DNA from: Squalus acanthias
Lineage: Eukaryota
DNA length: 64,000 nucleotides
Reading direction: 5' to 3'
NCBI GenBank assembly: GCA_030390025.1
Contig: JASTWF010000342.1
Location: forward strand, 372,001-436,000
Shown here: positions 12,160 through 26,263 of the stretch, one piece after another
Position numbering within the stretch: position 1 is the stretch's first letter
How the letters are laid out: each line of letters begins with the position of its first letter
Translations under genes and position numbers: made by a program
The notes under the pieces: generated by a model
What the model saw: only the letters and a program-made list of their open reading frames with translations
Databases searched by the model: none
Told to the model about the DNA's origin: nothing

Positions 12160-14780
12160 GTAATCGTAACCAGATAATCGCCTGCAACGGCTTCTCTTCC
12201 CGCTCCCACATCGTTACCTCTGGTGTCCCCCAAGGATCTATCCTTGGTCCCCTCCTATTTCTCATCTACATGTTGCCCCTTGGCAACATCATCCGAAAAC
12301 ACAGCGTCAGTTTCCACATGTACGCTGACGACACCCAGCTCTACCTCACTACCACTTCTCTCAACCCCTCCACGGTCTCTAAATTGTCAGACTGCTTGTC
12401 CGACATCCAGTTCTGGATGAGCAAAAATTTTCTCCAATTAAATATTGGGAAGACCGAAGCCATTGTTTTCGGTCCCCGCCACAAACTCCGTTCCCTAGCC
12501 ACTGACTCCATCCCTCTCCCTAACATCTGTCTAAGGCTGAACCACACTGTTCGCAACCTTGGTGTCATATTTGGCCCTGAAATGAGCTTCCGACCACATA
12601 TCCGCAGCATAACAAAGACCGCCTACTTCCACCTCAGTAACATCGCCCGTCTCCACCCTTGCCTCACCTCATCTGCTGCTGAAACCCTCATCCATGCCTT
12701 TGTTACCTCTAGACTTGACTATTCCAATGCACTCCTGGCTGGCCTTCCACATTCCACCCTATGTAAACTTGAGGTCATCCAAAACTCGGCTGAACATAAG
12801 AACATAAGAACATAAGAAATAGGAGCAGGAGTAGGCCAATCGGCCCCTCGAGCCTGCTCCGCCATTCAATAAGATCATGGCTGATCTGATCCTAACCGCC
12901 AATCTACTATCTACTATCACAGAACCATCTCCTGCATCTAACAGAATTGCACACACGAAATAGGAGCAGAATCAGGCTACACGGTCCCTGGGCCCGCTCC
13001 ACTACCCACAGGGCCATGACCGATCCAAACCTAGACTCATGTCCAAATTCCTGCCCGCTCCCCGTAACCCTTAATGCCCTTTACTTTTAGGAAACTGTCT
13101 ATTTCTGTTTTAAATTTATTTAATGATGTAGCTTCTACAGCTTTTTGTGGCAGCATATTCCATGGACCTACCACCCTCTGAGTGAAGTAGTTCCTCCTCA
13201 TCTCAGTTTTGAAAGAGCAGCCCCTTATTCTAAGACTATGTCCCCTAGTTCTAGTCTCACCCGTCATCGGGAACATCCTCCCCGCATCCACCCGATCCAA
13301 CCCCTTCACAATCTTATATGTTTCAATAAGATCGCCTCTCATTCTTCTGAACTCCAATGAGTAGAGTCCCAATCTACACAACCTCTCCTCATATGACCAC
13401 CCCCTCATCCCCGGGATTAACCGAGTGAACCTTTTTTGCACTGCCTCGAGAGCAAGGATGTCTTTCCTTAAGGACGGACACCAAAACTGTATGCAGTATT
13501 CCAGGTGCGGTCTCACCAATACCTTGTACAATTGAAGCAATACCTCCCTATTTTTATATTCTATCCCCCTAGCAATGAAAGCCAACATTCCATTTGCCTT
13601 CTTAATCACTTGCTGCACCTGCATACTAACCTTTTGAGTTTTGTGCACCAGGACCCCCAGATCCCTTTGCACTTCAGTACTCTCCAGTTTCTTGCCATTA
13701 AGATAATAAATTGCTCTAGGATTTTTCCTGCCAAATGCATCACCTCACACTTTCCAGTGTTGTATTCCATCTGCCAAATCTCTGCCCACTTACTTAGCCT
13801 GTCTATATCCCCTTGGAGGTTTTTTATGTCCTCCTCACTCACTACTTTCCCTCCCATCTTAGTATCATCTGCAAATTTTGATATGTTACACTTGGTCCCT
13901 TCCTCCAAATCGTTAATATAGATTGTAAAGAGTTGGGGACCCAGCACTGACCCCTGTGGAACACCACTAGTTACTGATTGCCAGTCTGAGAATGAACCAT
14001 TTATCCCAACTCTTTGCTTTCTGTTAGATAGCCAATCCTCTATCCATGCCAGAATATTACCCCCAATCCCGTGATTTTTTACCTTAAGCAATAATCTTTT
14101 GTGTGGCACCCTGTCAAACGCCTTTTGGAAGTCTAAATACACTACGTCTACTGGTTCCCCTTTATCCACTCTATATGTTACTTCCTCAAAGAACTCCAGC
14201 AAATTTGTCAAACATGACTTCCCCTTCGTAAAACCATGCTGACTTTGTCCTATTAAATTATGATTATCCAAATGTCCTGTTACTGTTTCCTAACTCACAG
14301 CAAGTCCCGCTCGCCCATCACCCCTGTGCTCACTGACTTACATTGGCTCCCGGTTAAGCAGCGCCTCGGTTTCAAAATTCTCATCCTTGTTTTCAAATCC
14401 CTCCATGGCCTCACCCCTTCCTAGCTCTGTAATCTCCTTCAGCCCCACAACCCCTCGAGATATCTGCACTCCTCTAATTCTGCCCTCTTGAGCATCGCTG
14501 ATTATAATCACACATCCTTTGGTAGCCATGCCTTCTGTTGTCTTGGCCCTAAGCTCTGGAATTCCCTGCCTTAACCTCTCTGCCTCACTACCTCTCTTTC
14601 CTCCTTTAAGGCGCTCCTTAAAACCTCCCTCTTTGACCAAGCTTTTGGTCAGCTGCCCTAATTTCTCCTTATGCGGATCAGTGCCAAATTTGTTATCTTA
14701 AAATACTCCTGTGCAGCGCCCTGGGACGTTTTACTATGTTAAAGGTGTTATATAAATGCAGGTTGCTGTTGTTGTTGTTG
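12160..14780 (+). mobile_element. L2 LINE 3' portion, split by a CR1 at 12792..14290
   Basis: GVPQGSILGPLLFLIYMLPLG..YADDTQLY..LQLNIGKTE..TSRLDYSNALL; resumes at about 14291; (TTG)n tail. Confidence 0.9.
12792..14290 (-). mobile_element. 5'-truncated CR1 LINE nested in L2
   Basis: ORFs 13606..14271 and 13037..13672 (RT, FADDTK); (TTATGTTC)n tail. Confidence 0.95.
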
Positions 14781-16564
14781 ATGATTCACAGCATTTTATT
14801 TTGTATTGCTTCAGTGTGCATGGCCCCTTTAATTCTCAGAACTCCTCATTGCCCACAATTCTTTGCGAGCTCCACAGCATCACTCAGAGGCTGTGGGAAG
14901 CGGCAATGCCAGACCTGGACAGAAAATCCATCCCGGATCACTCCAACAATGCCACCAGGATGGCGTTGCATGGAAGGTGAGCGCTGCACCACCTATCTCG
15001 ATGCCCCCCAGACCAGTTTGACTCGGTTAGCATTGCAGCTATTTCCAGCAGCTGTTAACTGCAGTTCCCAATGACACCGGCAACTTTGCTGGCAAACATG
15101 AATTTTTCCCCCTTATAGTTTTAAGTTAAACAATTTGAATATTCTATGAATATGAGAACTGGACTGTGAGGCGGTGTAGCACCAATGTGATGTGCCAGAG
15201 TGGTAGAATACAGGATCCCACATGGTGAATTTCTCCTCTCAGGCATGCCGTCAGGAAGCGAGAAGCCCCAAGCAAAGGCTAGGTACATCAACACAAAGAT
15301 GGAGGGAAAACTGGAGAGCAGGTTACCACAGTTGTTTCTCATGATTTTCCTAGCAGCTGATTACAGAGTAGCACTGGTTGAAAGATGGGGCTTGTCAAAG
15401 TCTTTCTGTCTATATTGAGACCATATTAACTGTACGATATGATTTGTTATTCCATCTATCCAAAACTCTATTGAGTTGGAATCATTCTGTGATATACCAG
15501 TAAAAAACATGTTAACACATTCAAATGTACTCGCTACATAGAAACATAGAAAAATAGGAGCAGGAGTAGGCCATTCGGCCATTCAATATGATCATGGCTG
15601 ATCCTCTATCTCAATACCATAGTCCCACTCTCTCCCCATACCCCTTGATGCCTTTTGTGTCGAGAAGTCTATCTGTCTCCTTCTAACTATATTCTGTGGG
15701 AGAGAATTCCACAGGTTCACCACCCTCTGAGTGAAGAAATTTCTCCTCATCTCAGTCTTAAATGTCCAACTCCGTATCCTGAGACTGTGACTGCTCATTC
15801 AAGACCCCCCAGCCAAGGGAAACATCCTCCCTGCATCCAGTCTGTCTAGCCCTGTCAGAATTTTATACGTTTCCACAAGATCCCCTCTCATTCTTCTAAA
15901 CGCTAGTGAACACAGGCCAAGTCGACCCAATCTCTCCTCATACGACAGTCCTGCCATCCCAGGAATCAGCCTGGTGAACATTCGCTGCACTCCCTCTATG
16001 GCAAGTATATCCTTTCTTAGGTAAGGAGACTAAAACTGCACACAGTACTCCAGGTGTGGTCTCACCAAGGCCCTGTATAACTGTAGTAAGACATCCTTGC
16101 TCCTGTACTCAAATCCTCTTGCAATGAAGGCCAACATGCCATTTGCCTTCCTAACTGCTTGCTGCACCTGCGAGTTTGCTTTCAGTGACTGGTGTACAAG
16201 GATACCCAGGTCCCTTTGTACATCAACATTTCCTGATCTATCATCATTTAAATAATACTCTGCCTTTCTGTTTTTCCTACCAAAGTGGATAACTTCACAT
16301 TTATCCACATTATACTGCATCTTCCATATATTTGCCCACTCACTCAACTTGTCTAAATCGTCTTGAAGCCTCTTTGCATCCTCCTCACAACTCACGATCC
16401 CACCTAGTATTGTGTCATCAGCAAACTTGGAAATATTACATAGAAACATAGAAGATAGGTGCAGGAGTAGGCCATTCAGCCCCTCGAGCCTGTTCCGCCA
16501 TTTAATGAGATCATGGCTGATCATCCAAATTCAGTACCCTGTCCCTGCTTTCTCCCCATATCCC

Positions 16565-19512
16565 TTGATCCCTTTAGCCTTAAGAAATATATCTTACTCC
16601 TTCTTGAATATATTTAATGAGTTGGCCTCAACTGCCTTCTGTGGTAGAGAATTCCACAGGTTTACCACTCTCTGGGTGAAGAAATTCCTCCTCATCTCAG
16701 TCCTAAATGGCTTACCCCTTATCCTTAGACTGTGACCCCTGGTTCTGGACTCCCTCGCCATCAGGAACATCCTTCCTGTATCTAGTCTGTCTAGTCCTGT
16801 TAGAATTTTATAAGTTTCAATGAGATCCCCTCTCATGCTTCTAAACTCCAGCGAATACAAGCCCAGTCGACCCAATCTCTTTTCATATGTCATTCCTGCA
16901 TCCCAGGTATCAGTCTGGTGAATCTTCGCTGCACTCCCTCCATGACAAGAACATCCTTCCTCAGATAAGGCAACCAAAACTGCACACAGTACTGAAGGTG
17001 TGGTCTCACCAAGGCCCTGTACAACTGCAGCAAGACATCCTTGCTCCTGTACTCGAATCCTCTCGCTATGAAGGCCAACATACCATTTCCCTTCTTAACC
17101 GCCTGCTGCACCTGCATGCTTACCTTCAGCGACTGGTGCACAAGGACACCCAGGTCTCGTTGCACTTCCCCTTTTCCCAATCTATTGCTGTTCAGATAAT
17201 AATCTGCCTTCCTGTTTTTGTCACCAAAGTGGATAACCTCACATTTATCCACATTATACTGCATCTGCCATGCATCTGCCCAATCACCCAACCTGTCCAA
17301 ATCATACTGGAGTTTCACTGCATCCTCCTCACAGCACACATGCCCACCCAGCTTTGTGTCATCTGCAAACTTGGAGATATTACATCTAGTTCCCTCGTCT
17401 AGATCATTAATATATATTGTGAATAACTGGGGTCCTAACACTGATCCCTGTGTTACCCCACTAGTCACTGCCTGCCACTCGGGAAAAAGACCCATTTATT
17501 CCAACTCTTTGCTTCCTGTCTGCCAACCAGTTCTCTATCCAAGTCAGTACCTTACCCCCAATCCCATGGGCTTTAACTTTGCACGCTAATCTCTTATGCG
17601 GGACCTTATCGAAAGCCTTCTGAAAGTCCAAATACACCACATCCACTGGTTCTCCCTTATCTATTCTACCAGTTACATCCTCAAAAAATTCCAGTAGATT
17701 AGTCAAACATGATTTCCCTTTTGTAAATCCATGTTGACTTTGTCCGATTCTGTCACTGTTTTCCAAGTGCTCTGCTATTACATCTTTTATAATGGACTCT
17801 AGCATTTTCCCCACTACCGATGTCAGGCTTACCGGTCTATAATTCCCCATTTTCTCTCTAACGCCATTTTTAAATAGTGGGGTTACATTAGCTACCCTCC
17901 AATCCATGGGAACTGTTCCAGAGTCTATAGAATTTTGGAAGATGACCAGTAATGCATCTACTATTTCAAGGGCCACTTCCTTAAGTACCCTAGGATGTAG
18001 TATATCAGGCCCTGGGGATTTATCGGCCTTCAATCCCGTCAATTTCCCTAACACCATTTCCCGACAAATACCGATTTCATTCAGTTCCTCCCTCTCATTA
18101 GATCCTATGTTCCCCGACATCTCTGGGAGTTTATTTGTGTCCTCCTTTGTGAAGACAGAACCAAAGGATGTATTTAATTGGTCTGCCATTTCTTTCTTCC
18201 CCATTATAAATTCCCCTGATTCTGACTGCAAGGGACCTACACTTGACTCCACCAATCTTTTTCTCTTCACATATCTATAGAAGCTTTTACAGTCAGTTTT
18301 TATGTTCCCTGCAAGCTTACTTTTATACTCTATTTTCCCCCTCTTAATTAATCCCTTTGTCCTCCTTTGCTGAATCCTGAACTGCTCCCAATCCTCAGGT
18401 TTGCTGCTTTTTCTGGCCAATTTATATGTCCTCTCCTTGGATCTTATGCTATCCCTAATTTCCCTTGTTAGCCATGGTTGAGTCACCTTTTTTGTTTTAT
18501 TTTTGTGCCAAACAGGGATGAACAAATTCTGTAGTTCATCCATGTGATCTTTAAATGTTTGCCATTGCCTATCCACCATCAATCCTTTAAGTAATGCTCC
18601 CCAATCCATCCTAGCCAACTTGCGCCTCATACCATCATAGTTTCCTTTATTTAAATTCAGGATCCTAGTCTCTGAGTCAACTACTTCACTCTCCTTCTTA
18701 ATGAAGAATTCTATCATATTATGATCGCTCTTCCCCAAGGGGCCTCGCACAACAAGATTGCTAATTAATCCTTTCGCATTACATAATACCCAGTCTAAGA
18801 TGGCCTGATCTCTAGTTGGTTCCTCGACATATTGGTCCAGGAAACCATCCCGTATACACTCTAGGAATTCCTCCTCCACAGTATTGTTACTAATTTGGTT
18901 AGCCCAATCTATATGTAGATTAAAGTCACCCATGATAACTGCTGTGCTCTTATTGCACGTGTCTCTAATTTCCCATTTAATGCCATCCCCAACCTCAGCA
19001 TTACTGTTTGGGGGTCTGTGTAAATCTCCCACTAACGTTTTCTGCCCCATGGATTTTCTCAGCTCTACCCATACAGATTCCACATCATCAGAGCTAATAT
19101 CCTTCCTTACTATTTTGTTAATCTCCTCTTTAACCAGCAATGCTACCCCAACTCCTTTTCCTTTTTGCCTGTCTTTCCTGAATATTGAAAACCCCTGGAT
19201 GTTGAATTCCCAGCCTTGGTCACCCTGGAACCATGTCTCCGCAATCCCAATTATATCATATCCGTTTACATCTATTTGAGCAGCTAATTCATCCACCTTA
19301 TTACGAATGCTCCTCACATTAAGACACAAAGCCTTCAGGCTTGTTTTTTTAACACTCTTAGACCTTTTAGAATTATTATTTACTGAGGCCATGTTTGATT
19401 TACACCCGTGATTTCTCTGCCTTCCACTCTTGCTTTTCTCCTTCCAGTCTTTTGCTTCTATCCTTGCTTCCCTTTCCTCTGTCTCCCTGCACAGGTTCCC
19501 AACCCCTGCCAT
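16565..19512 (-). pseudogene. CR1 ORF2 (APE endonuclease + reverse transcriptase); 683-aa open segment, then frameshifts
   Basis: APE motifs LNVRSI, IAETW, IMGDFN, SDH; RT motifs YRPVSLTS, QHGF, LDFQKAFD, QGSVLGP, FADD. Confidence 0.93.
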
Positions 19513-19513
19513 T

Positions 19514-19836
19514 TTAGTTTAAACCCTCCCCAACAGCACTAGCAAACACTCCCCCTAGGACATCGGTCCCGGTCCTGCCCAGGTGCAAACCGTCGAGTTT
19601 GTACTGGACCCACCTCCCCCAGAACCGGTTCCAATGTACCAGGACTTTGAATCCCTCCCCCTTGCACCATTCCTCTAGCCATGTATTCATCTGAAATATC
19701 TTTCTATTTCTACTCTGACTAGCATGTGGCACTGGTAGCAATCCTGAGATTACTACCTTTGAGGTCCTATTTTTTAATGTACCTCCTAACTCCCTATATT
19801 CAGCTTTTAGGACCTCATCCCGGTTTTTACCTATTG
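19514..19836 (-). pseudogene. CR1 ORF1 SGNH-esterase domain, C-terminal part
   Basis: VVISGLLP...NTWLEEWC...DGLHL (DxxH block). Confidence 0.85.
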
Positions 19837-21109
19837 TTTCCCTCATCCAAATCATTGATAGATATTGTGACTAGTTTGGGCCCAAGCACTGATCCCTGCG
19901 GTACCCCACTAGTCACCGCCTGCCACCCTGAAAAAGACCCATTTATTCCTACTCTCTGTTTCCTGTCTGTTAACCAATTTTCAATCCATGCCAGTATATT
20001 ACCCCCAATCCCATGTGCTAACCTCTTATGTGGGACTTTATCAAAGCCTTCTGAAAATCCAAATACACCACATCCACTGGTTCTCCCTTGTCTATTCTAC
20101 CAGTTACATCCTCAAAAAACTCCAGTAGGTTTGTCAGACACGATTTCCCTTTCATAAATCCATGTTGACTTTGTCTAATCCCGTTGATATTTTCTAAGTG
20201 TCCTGTTATCACATCCTTTATAATAGACTCTAGTATTTTCCCTACTACTGATGTTAGGCTAACCAGTCTGTAGTTCCCTGTTTTCTCTCTCCCTCCTTTT
20301 TAAATAGTTGGGTTACATTTGCCACCCTCCAATCTGCAGGAACTGTTCCATAATCTATAGAATTTTGGAAGATGACAACCAATGCATCCACTATTTGTAT
20401 GGCTACCTCTTTTAGTAATCTGGGATGCAGATCATCAGGCCCTGGGGATTTATCAGCTTTCAATCCCATTAATTTCTCCAGCACTATTTTTTTTACTAAT
20501 ACTAATTTCCTTTAATTCCTCCTTCTCACTCGACCCTTGGTTCCCTAGCATTTCTGGGAAGTTATTTGTGTCCTCTTCCGTGAAGACAGAACCAAAGTAT
20601 TTGTTTAATTGCTCAGCCATTTCCTTGTTCCCCATTATAAATTCTCCCATTTCTGACTGTAAGGGACCTACATTTGTCTTCACTAATCTTTTTTCTTTTT
20701 ACATACTTGTAGAAGCTTTTACAATCCACTTTTATGTTCCTTTCATTTTACTCTCATACTCTATTTTTCCCCTCTTAATCAATCTCTTGGTCCTTTTTTG
20801 CTGAATTCTAAACTGCTCCCAATCCTCAGGCTTGCTACTTTTTCTGGCAACTTTATATGACTCCTCTTTGGATCTAATACTATCCTTAATTTATTTTGTT
20901 TGCATGGTTGGGCCGCTTTTCCTTTTGTGTTTTTGCGCCAGAAAGGAATGTATAATTGTTGCAATTCATGCATTAGTTCCTTAAATGTTAGCCATTGCCT
21001 ATCCACCGTCATGCCTTTTCATGAAGCTCCCCAATCTATCATAGCCAACTCACTCCTCAAATCTTCGTAGTTTCCTTTGTTTAGTTTTAGGACCCTAGTT
21101 TCAGATTCC

Positions 21110-22108
21110 TGTGAGGACAAGGAGGAAGACTGCAGGGAGAACAGCCACAATGCAGACCAAGAAACTGGTTCAGAAGGCTGTCCAAAGGGGGGAAGAGCAG
21201 AATAGAAATGTGGTAGTGATTCTGTAATTAGAGGGATAGATAGCATCCTCTGCAGCCACGAATGAGAGTCCCAAAGGGCATGTTGCCTACCCGGTGCCAG
21301 AGTAAGGAATATCTCAAGGCGGCTGGAGAGGAATTTGGAAAGGGAGGGTGTAAATCCAGTTGTTGTAGCCCATGTAGGAACAAACGACTTAGGTAGGAAC
21401 AGGGAAGAAGTCCTGTTGAGTGAGTACCAGGAGTTAGAAACTAAATTAAAAAGCAGGATCTCGAGGGTAATAATCTGTATTATTGCCCGAGCCATGTGCA
21501 AATTGGCATAGAGACAGACAGATCAGGCAAGTTAACATGTGGCTAAAGGGCTAGTGTGGGAAAGAAGGGTTCCTTTTCATGGGACACTGGCACTAGTACT
21601 GGGATAGGAAGGTGTTGTACCGATGGGATGGGCTCCACCTGAACTGGAGTGGGACCAGTGTCCTAGTGGAAAGGGTAAATAGGGAAGTGGGAAAGGCTTT
21701 AAACTAGTAAGACGGGAGAGGGATCTACAATAAATGAAACAAGCTTAAATATAAATGAAATAGGAAAGAAGAGCATGGGACAGACTAAACTAAGGGAGGA
21801 CATAATTGGCCAGGGAATAAATATTGTTATAGAACAGGAGTGTAAAAAGATGGTTAAAAATAAAGTGCAAGGAACAGCTATTAAAAATGCGTTAAACTGT
21901 CTGTACAGCAATGCACACAGTGTCTGAAATAAAACAGGGGAACTGGAGGTAATATTATGTCGTGAGGAACCAGATATAGTTGGGATTACTGAGACATGGT
22001 TACAAAAAAATCAGGACTGGGAATTAAACATTGCAGGGTATAACATATTTAGAAAAGATAGAGTGGGAAAAACGGGAGGTAGAGTAGCTGTACTTATTCG
22101 AGATAACA
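21110..22108 (+). mobile_element. Old CR1 LINE 5' part (ORF1 esterase + start of APE)
   Basis: Degenerate DSVIRGID..CCLPGA..HVGTNDLG..DGLHLN, then LYSNAHSV..GITETW..FRKDR..VAVLIRDN. Confidence 0.85.
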
Positions 22109-22376
22109 CAAGGCTCTAACTATTTGTAACACCAAAGTTCTGAGTGGTTCCCTTGGAAGGCAAGACACACCCTGCAGTTTGTCTGGAATGTGTAATTTGA
22201 TCCAGCCTGCCTGAGGAATCAAGTACTTTGCAATGTGTGATATGATCCATTCATTGTGACAGCCAGCTCCAGAGCTCAACAGTGTGGTTAGGAGCACACA
22301 CACTGCCGAATTCAGATTGGAAGGGCTGAGGCCATGGAGGGATTTTAACATGAATTTTAAAATCAAGATGTTGGTG

Positions 22377-25300
22377 AACAATAAGAACATAAGAAATAGG
22401 AGCAGCAGTAGGCCAATCGGCCCTTCGAGCCTGCTCCGCCATTCAATAAGATCATGGCTGATCTGATCCTAACCTCAAATCTAAAGAACACAAGAAGTAG
22501 GAGCAGGACCCGGCCACTCAGCCCCTGGGCCCGCTCTGCCACCCACAGGGCCCTGACCGATCCGAACTCAGCCTCATGTCCAATTTCCTGCCCGCTCACC
22601 GTAATCCCTAATTCCCTTTACCTTTAGGAAACTATCTATTTCTGTTTTAAATTTATTTAATGATGTAGCTTCCACAGCTTCCTGGGGCAGCAAATTCCAC
22701 AGACCTACTACCCTCTGAGTGAAGAAGTTTCTCCTCATCTCAGTTTTGAAAGAGCAGGCCCTTATTCTAAGATTATGCCCCCTAGTTCTAGTTTCACCCA
22801 TCCTTGGGAACATCCTTACCGCATCCACCCGATCAAGCCCCTTCACAATCTTATATGTTTCAATAAGATCGCCTCTCATTCTTCTGAACTCCAATGAGTA
22901 GAGTCCCAATCTACTCAACCTCTCCTCATATGTCCACCCCGTCATCCCCGGGATTAACTGAGTGAACCTTCTTTGTACTGCCTCGAGAGCAAGTATGTCT
23001 TTTCTTAAGTATGGACACCAAAACTGTATGCAGTATTCCAGGTGCGGTCTCACCAATACCTTATATAACTGCAGCAATACCTCCCTGTTTTAATAGTCTA
23101 TCCCCCTCGCAATAAAAGCCAACATTCCGTTGGCCTTCTTGATCACCTGCTGCACCTGCATACTAACTTTTTGATTTTCTTGCACTAGGACCCCCAGATC
23201 CCTTTGTACTGCAGTACTTTCCAGTTTCTCGTCATTAAGATAATAACTTGCTCTCTGATTTTTCCTGCCAAAGTGCATAACCTCACATTTTCCAATATTG
23301 TATTGCATCTGCCAAATCTCCGCCCACTCACCCAGCCTGTCTATATCCCCTTGTAGGTTTTTTATGTCCTCCTCACTTTCTACTTTCCCTCCCATCTTTG
23401 TATCATCTGCAAACTTTGATATATTACACTCGGTCCCATCCTCCAAATCGTTAATATAGATTGTAAAGAGTTGGGGACCCAGCACCGACCCCTGTGGAAC
23501 ACCACTGGCTACTGGTTGCCAGTCCGAGAATGAACCATTTATCCCAACTCTCTGCTTCCTGTTAGATAACCAATTCTCCAACCATGCCAGAATATTACCC
23601 CCAATCCAGTGATTTTTTATCTTGAGCAATAATCTTTTATGTGGCACCTTGTCGAATGCCTTCTGGAAGTCTAAATACACTACGTCCACTGGTTCCCCTT
23701 TATCCACCCTGTACGTTATGTCCTCACAGAACTCAAGCAAATTTGTCAGACATGACTTCCCCTTCATAAAGCCATGCTGACTTTGTCCTATTAAATTATG
23801 TTTATCTAAATGTTCCGTTACTGTCTCCTTAATAATAGACTGCAAAATTTTACCCACCACAGATGTTAGGCTAACTGGTCTATAATTTCCAGCCTTCTGC
23901 CTACTACCCTTTTTAAATAAGGGTGTTACATTAGCAGTTTTCCAATCTGCCGGGACCTTTGCTGAGTCCAGGGAATTTTGGAAAATTATTACCAAAGCAT
24001 CCACAATCCCTACTGCCACTTCCCTCAAGACCCTAGGATGTAAGCCATCAGGTCCAGGGGATTTATTCGCCTTGAGTCCCATTATTTTACTGAGTACGAA
24101 TTCCTTAGTGATTTTAATCGTATTTAGCTCCTCCCCCCCCCTAGAGCCCCCTGTTTGTCCAGTGTTGGGATATTCTTAGTGTCCTCTACCGTAAAGACTG
24201 AAACAAAATATTTGTTCAGCATTTTTGCCATCTCCATGTTTCCCGCCATTAATTTCCCGGTCTCATCCTCTAAGGGACCTACGTTTGCCTTAGCCACCCT
24301 TTTTCTTTTTATATAACTATAGAAACTCTTGCTATCTGTTTTTATATTTTTTGCTAATTTATTTTCATAATCTATCTTCCCTTTCTTAATCAATCCTTTA
24401 GTTACTTTTTGCTGTCTTTTGAAGACTTCCCAATCTTCTATCCTCCCACTAAGTTTGGCTACCTTATATGTCCTTGTTTTTAGTCGGATACTATCCTTAA
24501 TTTATTTACTTAGCCACGGATGGCTGTCATTTCTTTTACACCCTTTTTTCCTCAGTGGAATATATTTCTTTTGAAAGTTGTAAAATAACTCCTTAAATGA
24601 ACACCACTGCTCATGTACCGTCTTACCCTTTAATCTATTTTCCCAGTCCACTTTAATCAATTCCGCTCTCATACCATCATAGTCTCCTTTATTCAAGCTC
24701 AGTACGCTTGTTTGAAAACCAACCTTCTCACCCTCTAATTGGATATGGAATTCAACCATGTTATGGTCACTCATTCCAAGGGGATCATAGAAACATAGAA
24801 ACATAGAAACATAGAAACATAGAATCTAGGAGCAGGAGTAGGCCATTCGGCCCGTCGAGCCTGCTCCACCATTCAATACGATCATGGCTGATCATCCAAA
24901 TCCAGTACCCTGTCCCTGCTTTAATCCCCACAGTACACATATCCCACCCTACCCCCGTAACCCCACGTATTTAATTCACCCTAACATATCCCATCCTATC
25001 CCCACATATTTAATCCCCCCCTAACACTAAGGGTCAATTTATCATAGCCAAATCAACCTAACCCGCACATTTTTGGACTGTGGGAGGAAACCGGAGCACC
25101 CGGAGGAAACCCACGCAGACACGGGGAGAATGAGAAAGATCCTTAACTAGGACATTATTACTTAATCCTGACTCATTACACAGGACCAGGTCCAAGGTTG
25201 CTTGCCCCCTTGTAGGATCAGTTACATACTGCTCAAGAAATCCATCCCTAATACACTCAATAAACTCTTCCTCAAGGCTGCCCTGCCCAATTTGATTTGT

Positions 25301-26263
25301 CCAGTTAATATGATAGTTAAAATCCCCCATAATTATAGCTGTTCCCTTATTACATGCCCCAACTATTTCCTGATTAATACTTCTTCCAGCAGAGTTGCAA
25401 CTATTAGGAGGCCTATATACTACTCCCACTAGTGTTTTTTTCCCCTTATTATTCCTTATCTCCACCCAAACTGTTTCATTATCCTGATCCTTTGACCCAA
25501 TATCATTTCTCTGTATTACAGTGATTCCTTCCTTTATTAACATAGCCACCCCCACCTCCCCTTCCTTCCTGCCTGTCCTTCCTGATTGTTAAATACCCTG
25601 GCATATTTAGTTCCCAGTCGTTGTCACCCTGCAGCCATGTTTCTGTAATGGCCACAAGATCATACCCATACGTAGTTATTTGTGCCGTTAACTCGTCCAT
25701 TTTGTTACGAATGCTACGTGCATTCAGATAAAGAACTTTCAAATATGTTTTGTGACACTTAGTTCCTGCTTTTTCCTTTTTTAACACTTTACCTTTTACT
25801 CCATACCTTCTGTCCCTTCCTGACACACTTTCCTCTGTCTCCCTGCTCAGGTGCCCAACCCCCTGCCACTTCAGTTTAAACCCTCCCCAACAGCACTAGC
25901 AAACACTCCCCCTAGGACAGCGGTCCCGGCCCTGCCCAGGTGCAGACCATCCGGTTTGTACTGGTCCCACCTCCCTCAGAACCGGTTCCAATGTCCCAGG
26001 AATTTGAATCCCTCCCCCTTGCACCATTCCTCTAGCCACGTATTCATTTGAAATATCCTCCTATTTCTACTCTGACTAGCACATGGCACTGGTAGCAATC
26101 CTGAGATTACTACCTTTGAGGTCTTATTATTTAATTTACCTCCTAACTCCCTATATTCTGCTTTTAGGACCTCATCCCCTTTTTTACCTATATCGTTGGT
26201 GCCTATGTGCACCACGACAGCCGGCTGTTCGTCCTCCCCCTCCAAAGTGTTCTGTAGCCGCTC
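22377..26263 (-). mobile_element. Long CR1 LINE (ORF1 esterase part, APE-RT ORF2, 3' UTR), frameshifted, with a SINE insertion
   Basis: HIGTNDI and DGLHL (ORF1); ORF2 pieces 25503..25826, 25058..25555, 23090..24082, 22574..23077; (TTATGTTC)n tail. Confidence 0.95.
24787..25133 (-). mobile_element. HE1/V-SINE-like SINE, 5'-truncated, inserted in CR1 APE
   Basis: V-domain-like core gggtttcctccgggtgctccggtttcctcccacagtccaaa; CR1-type 3' end with (CTATGTTT)n; short GATC duplication at the flanks. Confidence 0.8.

Larger units (their letters stand above)
10630..15112. mobile_element. Degenerate Harbinger deletion derivative containing nested L2, CR1 and Penelope relics
   Basis: TIRs GGGCTAGAAATTCAT (10630) and ATGAATTTTTCCCCC (15098-15112); Myb exon 1 relic inside. 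Confidence 0.7.
16439..19836 (-). mobile_element. Long CR1 LINE (ORF1 C-terminus, ORF2, 3' UTR)
   Basis: ORF1 esterase end followed immediately by the ORF2 ATG; tail at 16439. Confidence 0.95.
15537..21108 (-). mobile_element. CR1 LINE split in its RT domain by another CR1 (16439..19836)
   Basis: The RT sequence ...gcaaacttggaaatatt (16437) resumes as ttccctcatccaaatc (~19838); (CTATGTTT)n tail at 15537. Confidence 0.85.

Noticed and set aside
14815..14977. Apparent + strand exon with good acceptor and GTGAGC donor
   Set aside because: It lies in the right subterminal region of the 10630..15112 Harbinger derivative, and the peptides are unrecognisable.
24787..24822. (ATAGAAAC)n and similar short arrays as CRISPR-like repeats
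   Set aside because: They are octamer tails of CR1/SINE elements, with no spacers or cas genes, in a eukaryotic context.
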